Of a stretch of DNA of 64,000 bases, positions 49,086 through 58,187 are shown one piece after another (position 1 is the stretch's first letter; the number at the start of each line of letters is the position of its first letter). Location of the stretch: assembly GCA_027023425.1 (NCBI GenBank), contig JALVVL010000036.1:21027-85026 (forward strand), given 5' to 3'. The position numbers and the translations under genes are program-made. This stretch comes from Anaerolineales bacterium. Its GTDB lineage: Bacteria; Chloroflexota; Anaerolineae; Anaerolineales; DRMV01. Below the pieces are notes generated by a model. That model saw nothing but the letters and a program-made list of their open reading frames with translations. It did not search any database and was not told the origin of the DNA.

Positions 49086-49988
49086 ATGGATTTCACCGAA
49101 CCGATTTTGATTGTCGGAACTGGCGCACTGGCAATGCTGTTTGGAGCGCGTTTGCGGCGCGCCGGTTTTTCCGTTACGCTGATGGGGACTTGGCGCGAGG
49201 CAATTGCCGCCCTGCGCCGCAATGGAATTCGTGTCCTCGGCGAAGGTGGGGCTTACCGCGTCGGCGTTGCCTCTTCGCCCGAAGAAGCGCCGAAGTGCCG
49301 CTATGCCCTCGTTTTGGTGAAATCGTGGCAAACCGAGCGTGCGGCGCGGTGGCTTTCGGCGGCGCTTTTGCCCGATGGCGTGGCGCTCACCCTGCAAAAC
49401 GGCTTGGGCAACGATGAAGTGCTCGCCGCGGCATTGGGCGCCGAGCGCGTGGCCGTGGGGGTTACCACCACCGGAGCGAGCGTGGCCGCGCCGGGGGTGG
49501 TGCGTCCGGGCGGTGAAGGTGTGGTTTCGCTGGGGGAGCACCCGCGCATCCCCCCGCTGGCAGAAGCATTGCGGCGCGCGGGCTTCGTAGTTGAAATTGC
49601 CCCCGACGTCAAATCGCTACAATGGGGCAAACTGGCGGTGAACGCGGCAATCAACCCGCTGACCGCGCTACTCGGAGTGCCCAACGGCGCGCTGTTGGAA
49701 GACCCGGCGGCGCGGCTTTTCATGCGGCGCGCGGCGCAGGAGGTAGCACGCACCGCCGCCGCGCTGGGCATTGATTTGCCGTTTGAAGACCCCGCCGCCG
49801 CGGCAGAGGATGTGGCGCGCCGCACTGCCCCCAACTTTTCCTCAATGCTCCAAGACCTGCGGCGCGGCGCGCCAACCGAAATTGACGCCATTTGCGGAGC
49901 AGTGGTGCGCGCCGCCCAAAAGGCTGGCACTTCCGCCCCGCTCAACGCCGCCCTGTGGGAAATGGTGAAAGAGCGCCGTAAGGCATAA
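49086..49988 (+). CDS. panE: 2-dehydropantoate 2-reductase
   Basis: ATG at 49086. ILIVGTGALAMLFGARL Rossmann motif, LVKSWQ, and an ApbA C-terminal domain. The ORF-track start at 48936 lies in a repeat array. Confidence 0.85.
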   Translation: MDFTEPILIVGTGALAMLFGARLRRAGFSVTLMGTWREAIAALRRNGIRVLGEGGAYRVGVASSPEEAPKCRYALVLVKSWQTERAARWLSAALLPDGVALTLQNGLGNDEVLAAALGAERVAVGVTTTGASVAAPGVVRPGGEGVVSLGEHPRIPPLAEALRRAGFVVEIAPDVKSLQWGKLAVNAAINPLTALLGVPNGALLEDPAARLFMRRAAQEVARTAAALGIDLPFEDPAAAAEDVARRTAPNFSSMLQDLRRGAPTEIDAICGAVVRAAQKAGTSAPLNAALWEMVKERRKA

Positions 49989-50096
49989 TGCCTGCCTTCT
50001 GGCCGCGGCGGTTGTGCCATTTCCCCCCAACATCTGCTTGCGCCCTCGCGCCGTGAGCATTCCTTTGCTCGGCCCCGGATTTCTGTCAAAGTTACC

Positions 50097-51722
50097 ATGA
50101 CGCATTTTTCACCTAAAACCACCCTTTCGGATGAGGAATTTGCCCAAGCCGTGCGGGCGTTAGAGGCCATCCGCGGCGGCATGGATGTGCTTACGGCTAT
50201 CAAGCGACACCCGCTTCGGCGCGGCTTGTTGAGCAAGGGGGCACTGGTGGCGGCTTACCGCCGGCTGGTTGCCGAGGGGGCATGGGAGGAAGACCCCGAC
50301 CTGCTGGCGCGCATTCGCCTGAAGCCCGTGCGCTCGCTTTCGGGCGTAACGGTTGTGACCGTGCTCACCAAGCCCTACCCCTGCCCGGGCGAGTGCATTT
50401 TTTGCCCCGATGACACCCGCATGCCGAAAAGTTACCTTCCCGATGAGCCGGGGGCGCAGCGCGCGCTGCGCCACGCTTTTGACCCTTACGCGCAAGTGCG
50501 CTCGCGCTTGGAGGCGCTTGAGGCAGTGGGGCACCCCACGGATAAAATTGAATTGCTGGTGCTCGGCGGTACGTGGACTGCTTATCCGCTTGAATACCGC
50601 GAATGGTTCATTCGCCGGCTGTTTGATGCCTTGAACGCTGACGATTGCCCGGCCGCGTGGCGGCGCGAAGGCGAATGCCGTGCGCCTTCGCTTGCCGCTG
50701 CACAGCGCCACAACGAAACCGCCCGCCATCGCAATGTGGGTTTGGTGGTGGAAACCCGCCCCGACCACATCAACCCGCGTGTCCTCCGCCGCCTGCGCGA
50801 ATTTGGCGTTACCAAAGTGCAGGTGGGCTTCCAGAGCATGGACGACCGCATTTTGGCGCTCAACAAGCGCGGCCACACTGTTGCCGATAACCTGCGCGCC
50901 GCGGCTCTGCTCCGCGCTGCCGGCTTCAAAATCGTAGCCCATTGGATGCCTAATCTCTACGGCGCAACTCCCGAGTCCGATAGGCAAGATTTTGCCCGCT
51001 TGTGGCAGGGTTTGTGCCCCGACGAACTCAAAATTTACCCCACGCAACTTTTGCCAAACACCGAACTCTACAAAATTTGGGAAAGTGGCGGTTATACGCC
51101 CTACACAACCGAGCAGTTGATTGACCTGCTTGCCGACCTAAAGGCCACCGTGCCGCCATATTGTCGCATCAACCGCGTAGTGCGCGACATTCCTTCCACG
51201 CATGTGGTGGCGGGCAACAAGCGTACCAGCCTACGGCAAGACGTGCTGGCGGAAATGGAGCGCCGCGGCACGCGCTGCCGCTGCATCCGCTGCCGCGAGG
51301 TGCGGGGTGAGCCTGTGCGCCCCGAATTGTTACATTTGGAAGATTTCACCTATCAAGCCGCCTATGCCGAGGAACATTTTTTGCAATTTGTCACCCCCGA
51401 CGACCGCTTGGCGGGTTTTTTGCGGCTTTCGCTGCCCCGCCCCGAAGCGCCCGACGTGGGCTTGGAAGACCTCGCAGGCGCGGCCATCATCCGCGAGGTT
51501 CATGTTTACGGGCAATCGTTGCCCGTAGGAGCGGCGCAAAAAGGCGCGGCGCAGCACATTGGTCTTGGCACGCGGCTTTTGGAAGAAGCCGACCGCATTG
51601 CCCGCTCCGCCGGCTTCCGCAAAATTGCCGTCATTTCCGCAGTTGGCACACGGCAGTATTACTTGCATCGGGGCTTCACACGAGGGGAATTGTATTTAGT
51701 GAAAAGGTTAGCCCAAGGCTAA
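50097..51722 (+). CDS. elp3: Elp3-like radical SAM / GNAT acetyltransferase family protein
   Basis: Radical-SAM cluster CPGECIFC (CX3CX2C), a central Elp3-type barrel, and a C-terminal GNAT region HIGLGTRLLEEAERIAR-like. Confidence 0.85.
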   Translation: MTHFSPKTTLSDEEFAQAVRALEAIRGGMDVLTAIKRHPLRRGLLSKGALVAAYRRLVAEGAWEEDPDLLARIRLKPVRSLSGVTVVTVLTKPYPCPGECIFCPDDTRMPKSYLPDEPGAQRALRHAFDPYAQVRSRLEALEAVGHPTDKIELLVLGGTWTAYPLEYREWFIRRLFDALNADDCPAAWRREGECRAPSLAAAQRHNETARHRNVGLVVETRPDHINPRVLRRLREFGVTKVQVGFQSMDDRILALNKRGHTVADNLRAAALLRAAGFKIVAHWMPNLYGATPESDRQDFARLWQGLCPDELKIYPTQLLPNTELYKIWESGGYTPYTTEQLIDLLADLKATVPPYCRINRVVRDIPSTHVVAGNKRTSLRQDVLAEMERRGTRCRCIRCREVRGEPVRPELLHLEDFTYQAAYAEEHFLQFVTPDDRLAGFLRLSLPRPEAPDVGLEDLAGAAIIREVHVYGQSLPVGAAQKGAAQHIGLGTRLLEEADRIARSAGFRKIAVISAVGTRQYYLHRGFTRGELYLVKRLAQG

Positions 51723-51726
51723 ACGC

Positions 51727-52569
51727 TCATTCCATCACAAAAACGCCTATGGTGCGAGGGCCGAGGGTTGACGCGGTGACGGCGTCCAGTTCCGCCATGT
51801 GGATGGCGGCGTGTGGGTAAAGGTTTCGCAGGCGGCTTTGCAGATGGCGGGCTTCGCGCGCAAAGCGCCGTGCGCCGTATACAATTGCAATTTCTGCCAG
51901 GTCGCCAAATTCCCCGGCAAAATCTTCCAGCAAATCAAGCATATGGCGTCCGGAGCGGGCTTTGTGCATGGGCACTAAGCGTCCGTCTTCCAGCACAAAC
52001 AGCGGGCAAAGGCCGAGCATTTCGCCCACAATCGCCTGCGCGGGGTCAAGCAAGCCGGTGTGGTGGAGGTATGTGAGCGATTCAATGCACAGCATGGTGT
52101 AGATGCGCTCGCGCATCGGCCGCAAGGCACTCAGCAGATCAAACAGCCCTTTCCCCATGCTTGCCAGCAAAGCCGCTTGCCGAACCAGCCAGCCCAAGCC
52201 TACGCCAAAGGTGTGAGTGTCCATCACATAGACGGGGAAGCTCTCGGGGGTTTCGTCGGCGATTTCCAGCAGGCGTTGAAACAAGGGGCTGAGGGTGCTC
52301 TCCATTGGCAGGATGAGCAGACTGTCGTAGCGCAGAGCGAGTTCGTGCAGACGGGCGCGCAGTTCCCGCCGCGAGGGCAGAATTAGCCGCGGCGGCGTTT
52401 CCCCCAACAGCGTGGGTGGTAGTTTGGCGGAAAGCGCTTGGTTTGGCAGCAAATGCTCCCCTCCCTCCCACAAGAGCGTGAGAGGGTGGATGTGGACGCG
52501 CTCCGCACCGGGGAAGTTTTTGTTGAGCAGATGGGCGCTCGCGTCGGTGAGAATGCCTACATTGGGCAT
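51727..52569 (-). CDS. DegV family (fatty-acid-binding) protein
   Basis: ATG at 52569 (MPNVGILTDASAHL). Blocks VYVMDTHTFGVGLGWLVRQAALLASMG, ESLTYLHHTGLL and LCPLFVLEDGRLVP align with the DegV layout. The longer ORF-track version runs into a repeat array. Confidence 0.75.
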   Translation of the reverse strand: MPNVGILTDASAHLLNKNFPGAERVHIHPLTLLWEGGEHLLPNQALSAKLPPTLLGETPPRLILPSRRELRARLHELALRYDSLLILPMESTLSPLFQRLLEIADETPESFPVYVMDTHTFGVGLGWLVRQAALLASMGKGLFDLLSALRPMRERIYTMLCIESLTYLHHTGLLDPAQAIVGEMLGLCPLFVLEDGRLVPMHKARSGRHMLDLLEDFAGEFGDLAEIAIVYGARRFAREARHLQSRLRNLYPHAAIHMAELDAVTASTLGPRTIGVFVME

Positions 52570-52675
52570 GGGAAGAGGAGGGAAGTCGTTGATCGTTGGG
52601 TGGTGGGCGGTCAGGTGGAGGTATTGAGGTATTGAGGTATGTGTTTGCCGTTGCTTACAGGGCGCCAAGAAAGTA

Positions 52676-53289
52676 ACGCCAAGGTCGCCAAGGGCACGGA
52701 GGACGCCAAGGATAAAAACCACAGATTACACAGATTAGCGCAGATTTTTTCTGTGTTCTCTGTGAATTTCTGTGTCCTCTGCGTTTTTTTCTTCAATCGG
52801 TGTAAATCTGTGTCAATCGGTGGATGAGCACGCCAAGGTCGCCAAGGGCACGGAGGACGCCAAGGATAAAAACCATAGATTACACAGATTAGCGCAAATT
52901 TTTTCTGTGTTCTCTGTGAATTTCTGTGTCCTCTGTGGTTTTTCTTCAATCGGTGTAAATCTGTGTCAATCGGTGGATGAGCACGCCAAGGTCGCCAAGG
53001 GCACGGAGGACGCCAAGGATAAAAACCACAGATTACACAGATTAGCGCAGATTTTTTCTGTGTTCTCTGTGAATTTCTGTGTCCTCTGCGTTTTTTTCTT
53101 CAATCGGTGTAAATCTGTGTCAATCGGTGGATGAGCACGCCAAGGTCGCCAAGGGCACGGAGGACGCCGAGGATAAAAACCACAGATTACACAGATTAGC
53201 GCAAATTTTTTTCTGTGTTCTCTGTGAATTTCTGTGTCCTCTGCGTTTTTTTCTTCAATCGGTGTAAATCTGTGTCAATTTGTGGATGA
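52676..53289 (+). repeat. Family E tandem array E4: four near-identical ~153-bp units
   Basis: Units start at 52676, 52830, 52983 and 53137. Units 1 and 3 look identical by eye, and units 2 and 4 differ at a handful of positions. Confidence 0.9.
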
Positions 53290-53358
53290 AATAGAAAAGC
53301 CTGTATTGGTTGGTTTTCCTATGCTATACTCACCACATCTCAATTTGCGGAGGCGAAA

Positions 53359-53913
53359 ATGGGATTGAAGCCAGACCACTGGATTCGCAAAATGGCGTTA
53401 GAGCACGGCATGATTGAGCCGTTTGTGGAAAAGCAAGTGCGGTCAGGCGTTATTTCTTACGGGCTTTCCTCTTACGGCTACGATGTGCGCGTTGCCGATG
53501 AGTTCAAAATTTTCACCAACGTTTATTCATCAGTGGTTGACCCCAAGGGGTTTGATGTGCGCTCAATGGTGGATTACAAGGGTGATGTGTGCGTCATCCC
53601 GCCAAATTCATTTGTGCTGGCGCGCACGGTGGAGTATTTCCGCATCCCGCGCGGCGTGCTCACCCTTTGCGTGGGCAAATCTACCTACGCCCGCTGCGGC
53701 ATTATTGTAAACGTGACGCCCCTTGAGCCGGAATGGGAGGGCTACGTCACGCTGGAAATTTCCAACACCACACCCCTGCCTGCGAGAATCTATGCCAACG
53801 AGGGCATCGCGCAGATGATTTTCTTTGAGGCGGATGAAGAGTGCGAAACTTCCTACGCCGACCGCAAGGGCAAATACCAGCGTCAGGGCGGCATTGTGCT
53901 TCCAAAGGTGTAG
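53359..53913 (+). CDS. dcd: dCTP deaminase
   Basis: [19 protein letters not shown] and [14 protein letters not shown]. Confidence 0.93.
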   Translation: MGLKPDHWIRKMALEHGMIEPFVEKQVRSGVISYGLSSYGYDVRVADEFKIFTNVYSSVVDPKGFDVRSMVDYKGDVCVIPPNSFVLARTVEYFRIPRGVLTLCVGKSTYARCGIIVNVTPLEPEWEGYVTLEISNTTPLPARIYANEGIAQMIFFEADEECETSYADRKGKYQRQGGIVLPKV

Positions 53914-53972
53914 GGACGAATTTTGTGGCCTTAACCCCTTGCCATGCTTTTACACGGCGGGCACGGTAAACG

Positions 53973-54017
53973 CGGGGAACACAGGAGTTTTCCACTCTGT
54001 GTCCCCTGTGTTCCCCG
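53973..54017. terminator. hairpin between convergent dcd and M32 carboxypeptidase genes (possible terminator)
   Basis: CGGGGAACACA ... TGTGTTCCCCG 11-bp stem with a 23-nt loop. There is no clear U-tract. Confidence 0.3.
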
Positions 54018-54063
54018 TGTGAGGTGAGCGTTTTCAGCAGGTGGAAAATCTACGGCTCAGCGC

Positions 54064-55569
54064 TCACAGGTTGTAAATTTCGCCGTATTTGGTTTTGAGG
54101 TAGCGCATGTAGGGCGCGGGGTCAATTCCCGAGCCGGTAACGCGCTTCACCAATTCCTGCGGTTCAAACTTGGCACCGTGCCGGTGGATGTGTTCGCGCA
54201 GCCAGCCCAGCAAGTCGGCAAAATTGCCCGCGCGGATTTGCTCATCCAAGTTCGGGATGTCTTCGTGCATGCGCTCCCACCACTGTGCCGAAATCAAATT
54301 GCCCAAGGCGTAGGTGGAAAAGTAGCCAAGCGCTCCCATTGACCAGTGAATATCCTGCAAAACGCCGTGCGCGTCATCGGGCGGAGTAACGCCGAGGTAT
54401 TCGCGCATTTTCTCATTCCAAACCTCGGGCAGGTCTTTTACCTCCACCGAGCCTTCCATCAGCGCAATTTCCAACTCCAGCCTCAGCATGATGTGCAGGT
54501 TGTAAGTGGCCTCGTCCGCTTCGGTGCGGATGAGCGAAGGCTCAACCTTGTTGATGCCCTTGTAGAAGGTTTCAAGGTCAACATTGCCCAACTGCGCGGG
54601 GAAATACTCCTGAAGGCGCGGGTAAAAGTGTTCCCAGAACGGGCGTGAGCGCCCGACAAGGTTTTCCCAAAGGCGGGATTGAGATTCGTGGATGGCTAAC
54701 GACGCGCCGTGCCCAAGCGGAGTGCGCTCAAGCGCGGGGTCAACCCTCTGCTCGTAAAGCGCGTGCCCGCATTCGTGCATTGTGCCGAACAAGCCCGTGC
54801 CGAGGAAATCGGGCACAATCCGCGTGGTGATGCGCACGTCGTTCACGCTGAAACTCGTGGTGAACGGATGGGCAGATTTATCCTGCCGCCCTCGTTTCCA
54901 GTCAAAGCCGAATTTGGTGATGACCTCAACGCCGAAGTCCCACTGCTTTTTCTCATCGTAGGGTTGGTGCAGGAAGGAATCGTCCACCTGCGGCTTTTCG
55001 GCGATGGCTTTTATCAGCGCCACCTGCTGAGGACGCAAGGCCTCAAAAATGCGCTGGACGTCGGCGGTCTTCAATCCGGGCTCAAAATCGTCCAGCAGCG
55101 GGTCGTAAACGTGCTCGTAGGGGGCGAAAAAGTCGGCATACTGGCGGCGCAGTTCAACGATGCGCGCAAGGTACGGCTCAAATTTTGAGAAATCGGATTT
55201 TTCCTTTGCCTCACGCCACGCCACTTGCGCCTCGGAGGCGACGCGCGTCATCTCTGCCACAAAATCAGAGGGCACTTTGGTTGCCTTGTCGTAATCTCGG
55301 CGGGTGACTTTGACGAGCCGCGCCTCGTCGGAATCGGGATCCCAGTTAGCGGCTTCGGGCTCCAGTTCGGAGAGCAGTTCGCCGATTTTGGGCGAGGTGA
55401 ATTTGGTGTGGGCAATGCGGCTGAGGGTGGAAAGTTGGATGCCGCGCGCCTTGCTCCCGCCCGGGGGCATGTAGGTTTCCTGATCCCAGCCGAGGACTGC
55501 CGCGGCCATGCTGATATCCCAAACCTCGCCGAGCAAGTTTTTGAGTTGTTGCAGTTTTTCGTTCTCCAT
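54064..55569 (-). CDS. M32 carboxypeptidase (Taq-type)
   Basis: ATG at 55569 has GGAG 6 nt upstream. HECGHALYE zinc motif, HESQSRLWEN and DIHWS. Confidence 0.9.
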   Translation of the reverse strand: MENEKLQQLKNLLGEVWDISMAAAVLGWDQETYMPPGGSKARGIQLSTLSRIAHTKFTSPKIGELLSELEPEAANWDPDSDEARLVKVTRRDYDKATKVPSDFVAEMTRVASEAQVAWREAKEKSDFSKFEPYLARIVELRRQYADFFAPYEHVYDPLLDDFEPGLKTADVQRIFEALRPQQVALIKAIAEKPQVDDSFLHQPYDEKKQWDFGVEVITKFGFDWKRGRQDKSAHPFTTSFSVNDVRITTRIVPDFLGTGLFGTMHECGHALYEQRVDPALERTPLGHGASLAIHESQSRLWENLVGRSRPFWEHFYPRLQEYFPAQLGNVDLETFYKGINKVEPSLIRTEADEATYNLHIMLRLELEIALMEGSVEVKDLPEVWNEKMREYLGVTPPDDAHGVLQDIHWSMGALGYFSTYALGNLISAQWWERMHEDIPNLDEQIRAGNFADLLGWLREHIHRHGAKFEPQELVKRVTGSGIDPAPYMRYLKTKYGEIYNL

Positions 55570-55638
55570 TTTTTGCTCCATTGTGGGTGGTTGATTGTGC
55601 GGAAGGGCCTTTGCCCGCAAGCGATTATACCCCACGGC

Positions 55639-56619
55639 TCAAGGCTTGCGGGTGGTGGTGTAAGTGTCCACCACGGTGTGGTCGGTGGCAATGAATTTGA
55701 AGGTGATGTGGTCCGCGTCGGCTTCCACCAGCATAGCGCCGTGCTTGGCGCGGTAGCGCACCACACTGCCGGGGACGGGCGTCGGGCGGAAGAAATAGCG
55801 GCTCGGATGACCTCCCAACCCGTTCACGAAATAGACAATGCCGTCGCGCATGATGCGCTCGTAATCGTGGTCGTGCCCTGCTATGACGGCAGTCACGCCC
55901 CATTTGGCGTAAGGCCATTGGAGTTCGGGGGTGCTGCCGTGTGGGCCTGAGGAATAGGGCGGGCGGTGCAAAGCGACGATTTTCCACGGCTCGCGCGCCG
56001 CCTTCAGCCGCTCGCGCAGCCATTGCGCCTGCTTGCTATCGGCTGTTATGCCGTCCGGTTCGTTGGGGCAACTATCAAGCACGAAAATGTGCACCGGCCC
56101 GTAGGCGAAGTCGTAATAACGCCCGTTGCCGGGCGGGTGAAGGTAGGCGAGGTAAGCGGCGATGCTTCCGTAGCCCCAATCGTGGTTGCCGAGCGCGGGG
56201 TAGAACTTGTGGGCGTAGATGTAATCGCCGTAGTATTGGAAAATGTTGGCTTTGATGGTGTCTTTTGAGCCTTCGGGGTAATTGTTATCGCCCACCGTGA
56301 GGATGAAATCGGGATGCCACGAGTGGACGAGTTTGGAGACAAGGGCTTCGGGATAACCGGCTTGCCCAAAATCGCCGATTACGGCAAAGCGCACCTTGGG
56401 CGGGTTGAAAACGAGTGGCGTTGGGGTTGCCGTGGGCGTCGGCGAGGGCGTTGAGGTGGCGGTGGGGATGGGGATTTTGGTGGAAGTGGGGGGCACTGAA
56501 GGAGCAAGCGTTGCCGTAGGCGGAAGCGGCGACGGGGTTGGGGTGGGTTTTGCCGCCGTGCCGCAACCCGCGAGCAACAGAAGCGCCGCGCCCAGCGCTA
56601 AAATCAACAATTTCCTCAT
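55639..56619 (-). CDS. metallophosphoesterase lipoprotein
   Basis: GAGGAGG RBS and ATG at 56619. Lipobox LLLAGCG. Thr/Pro-rich linker. Calcineurin-like motifs GDFG, GDNNY, GNHD and GHDH. Confidence 0.8.
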   Translation of the reverse strand: MRKLLILALGAALLLLAGCGTAAKPTPTPSPLPPTATLAPSVPPTSTKIPIPTATSTPSPTPTATPTPLVFNPPKVRFAVIGDFGQAGYPEALVSKLVHSWHPDFILTVGDNNYPEGSKDTIKANIFQYYGDYIYAHKFYPALGNHDWGYGSIAAYLAYLHPPGNGRYYDFAYGPVHIFVLDSCPNEPDGITADSKQAQWLRERLKAAREPWKIVALHRPPYSSGPHGSTPELQWPYAKWGVTAVIAGHDHDYERIMRDGIVYFVNGLGGHPSRYFFRPTPVPGSVVRYRAKHGAMLVEADADHITFKFIATDHTVVDTYTTTRKP

Positions 56620-56655
56620 GGCGTTCCTCCTCAACCGCGCGTGTGCCCATTCCCC

Positions 56656-58149
56656 CTATTGCCCGTTGGGCGTAACGACCGTTATGCGCGCGGGCAAAAG
56701 CGGCAAAAGCGGCCACCAGCGCGGCTCCACTTCCACCCGCGGCGGCCTTTCCAGAGGCAAGCCCTGCTGTAACACGGCCGCGGCTTCGGCGCGGGGCTTC
56801 CCGAGCACTTTGACCGCTATCTGTTCCCGATTGAGCGGCGCTGAAAATTTTTCGCTGGCCCGGAATTTCCACCGGTAGGGCGGCTTTAGCCCCTCAACTG
56901 CACCTTGCGGTTTCACGTTCAGGGTGTTTGGGAGCGGTTTTAGCCCTTCGGGGGAATTCACGCTCAGCAACATTTGTGCGAGGGTTTTTAGGTCTTTTTG
57001 GGAGACTAAAAGCGCCCTAAAGCGCACGCGCAAGCCCACGCTCAGGGTGTTAGAAGGCCAACCGCTGTCGGCCGGAGGGGAAAAGGTGCGTTCCAACACT
57101 TCGGCGGGTTGCAGGCTGGGTAGCACAACCAAGTAGCCTTTGTGCTCGGCTTGAATTTTGGCGAGCGCTTTGGCTTGCAATTGGCTCAGCAAGGTGCTTT
57201 CGGCGCGGCGGTAGTCGTTTTTGGTCGGTGCAGGGACGCTGATGTCTGTCCCTCCGTGAGTGGGCGCGGGGTTGGTAACTGTTGCCCGAAATGCAAGCGG
57301 CGGCAGGAGAACCCGCAGGTCGTCGGCGGGCAGGTTGCCCTGTGTGCCGGGGATACGGGCGCGCACTGGCAGGGTGAGTTGCTCTCCTGCGCCGGCGGGC
57401 AAGGTGCCGGAGCGCGTGGTTTCAAATTCCACTTTTGGATGCGAGACGCTGCGGATTACCGCGCCGGCTGGAATTTTTACCTTGTCTAAGGTGATGTTGG
57501 TGAAAACCACCTTGCCCTCGGCGGGTGATTTTGGGAACGGTATGACGCCGCTCACCGGCACTTCCAGTTCCCCGCCTACGATCGCTTCGGCTTGTTTTGC
57601 GGGCAAGTGCCCCCCGAGGGTGACGGTGCGGTATGCCGGGCTTATTGAGGCCGAGAAAGTGGTTTCGCGCGTGTCTGTGAGCGGCTTTAGGTAAACGATG
57701 CCCCTTGGGGCTACGGCCGCCGTCAGGGCGAGGAAGGCTATTACGCCAAGTGCGAAAAAGGCCAAGCGTTTTGCAAGCCCTAACGGCTTGGGGGCGGCGG
57801 CTAAGGCCGCGGCGCGCAATTTTGCCAGCGAGCGCCGCCGTTTTCGTTTGCGCACTTTCACCCGCCGCCAGCGCCAGCCCCGCCTTAGCGCTTCGTTTCG
57901 GTTGGCAAAAACCGGCACTTTCGCCTCGGAGGCGGCGAGGCGAGTCCGGCGATGGGTAGTTATGACCGCTATTTGCATCCCCAAACGGTCGGCCGCTCGG
58001 CGCAGGCGCACAAAATCCAAGCGCGATTGCAGGCTGCTGCCCCCCTCAGGCCACAAGAGCAGGGCGCGCGGCGCTTTTGCCCATGCGAGTTTGTCTTCCA
58101 ACGATGCAAGGTCGTCGGTCGGGTCAACTTTTATCAGGGCTGTTTTCAT
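56656..58149 (-). CDS. hypothetical membrane-anchored protein (possible baseplate-J-like region)
   Basis: Arg/Lys-rich segment followed by one TM segment. RIPGTQGNLPADDL faintly recalls baseplate J/gp47 proteins. The function is unknown. Confidence 0.55.
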   Translation of the reverse strand: MKTALIKVDPTDDLASLEDKLAWAKAPRALLLWPEGGSSLQSRLDFVRLRRAADRLGMQIAVITTHRRTRLAASEAKVPVFANRNEALRRGWRWRRVKVRKRKRRRSLAKLRAAALAAAPKPLGLAKRLAFFALGVIAFLALTAAVAPRGIVYLKPLTDTRETTFSASISPAYRTVTLGGHLPAKQAEAIVGGELEVPVSGVIPFPKSPAEGKVVFTNITLDKVKIPAGAVIRSVSHPKVEFETTRSGTLPAGAGEQLTLPVRARIPGTQGNLPADDLRVLLPPLAFRATVTNPAPTHGGTDISVPAPTKNDYRRAESTLLSQLQAKALAKIQAEHKGYLVVLPSLQPAEVLERTFSPPADSGWPSNTLSVGLRVRFRALLVSQKDLKTLAQMLLSVNSPEGLKPLPNTLNVKPQGAVEGLKPPYRWKFRASEKFSAPLNREQIAVKVLGKPRAEAAAVLQQGLPLERPPRVEVEPRWWPLLPLLPARITVVTPNGQ

Positions 58150-58187
58150 GGGGATGGGAACACGCCGTCCGTCTGGCGGCTTTGGAA

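Noticed and set aside
52772-53134. ORF-track proteins inside Family E arrays (52772-53134, 52639-52827, 53079-53267, 52611-52949, 19899-20219, 19933-20463, 48727-49110, 48547-48928)
   Set aside because: They are internally repetitive translations of tandem DNA repeats (for example AKVAKGTEDAKDKNHRLHRLAQIF recurring with the DNA period). They occur on both strands and lack RBS and motifs.
52676-53289. Possible CRISPR array (regularly spaced repeats)
   Set aside because: The whole ~153-bp unit is repeated nearly identically. There are no 25-40-bp direct repeats separated by unique spacers, and no cas genes or leader in the window.
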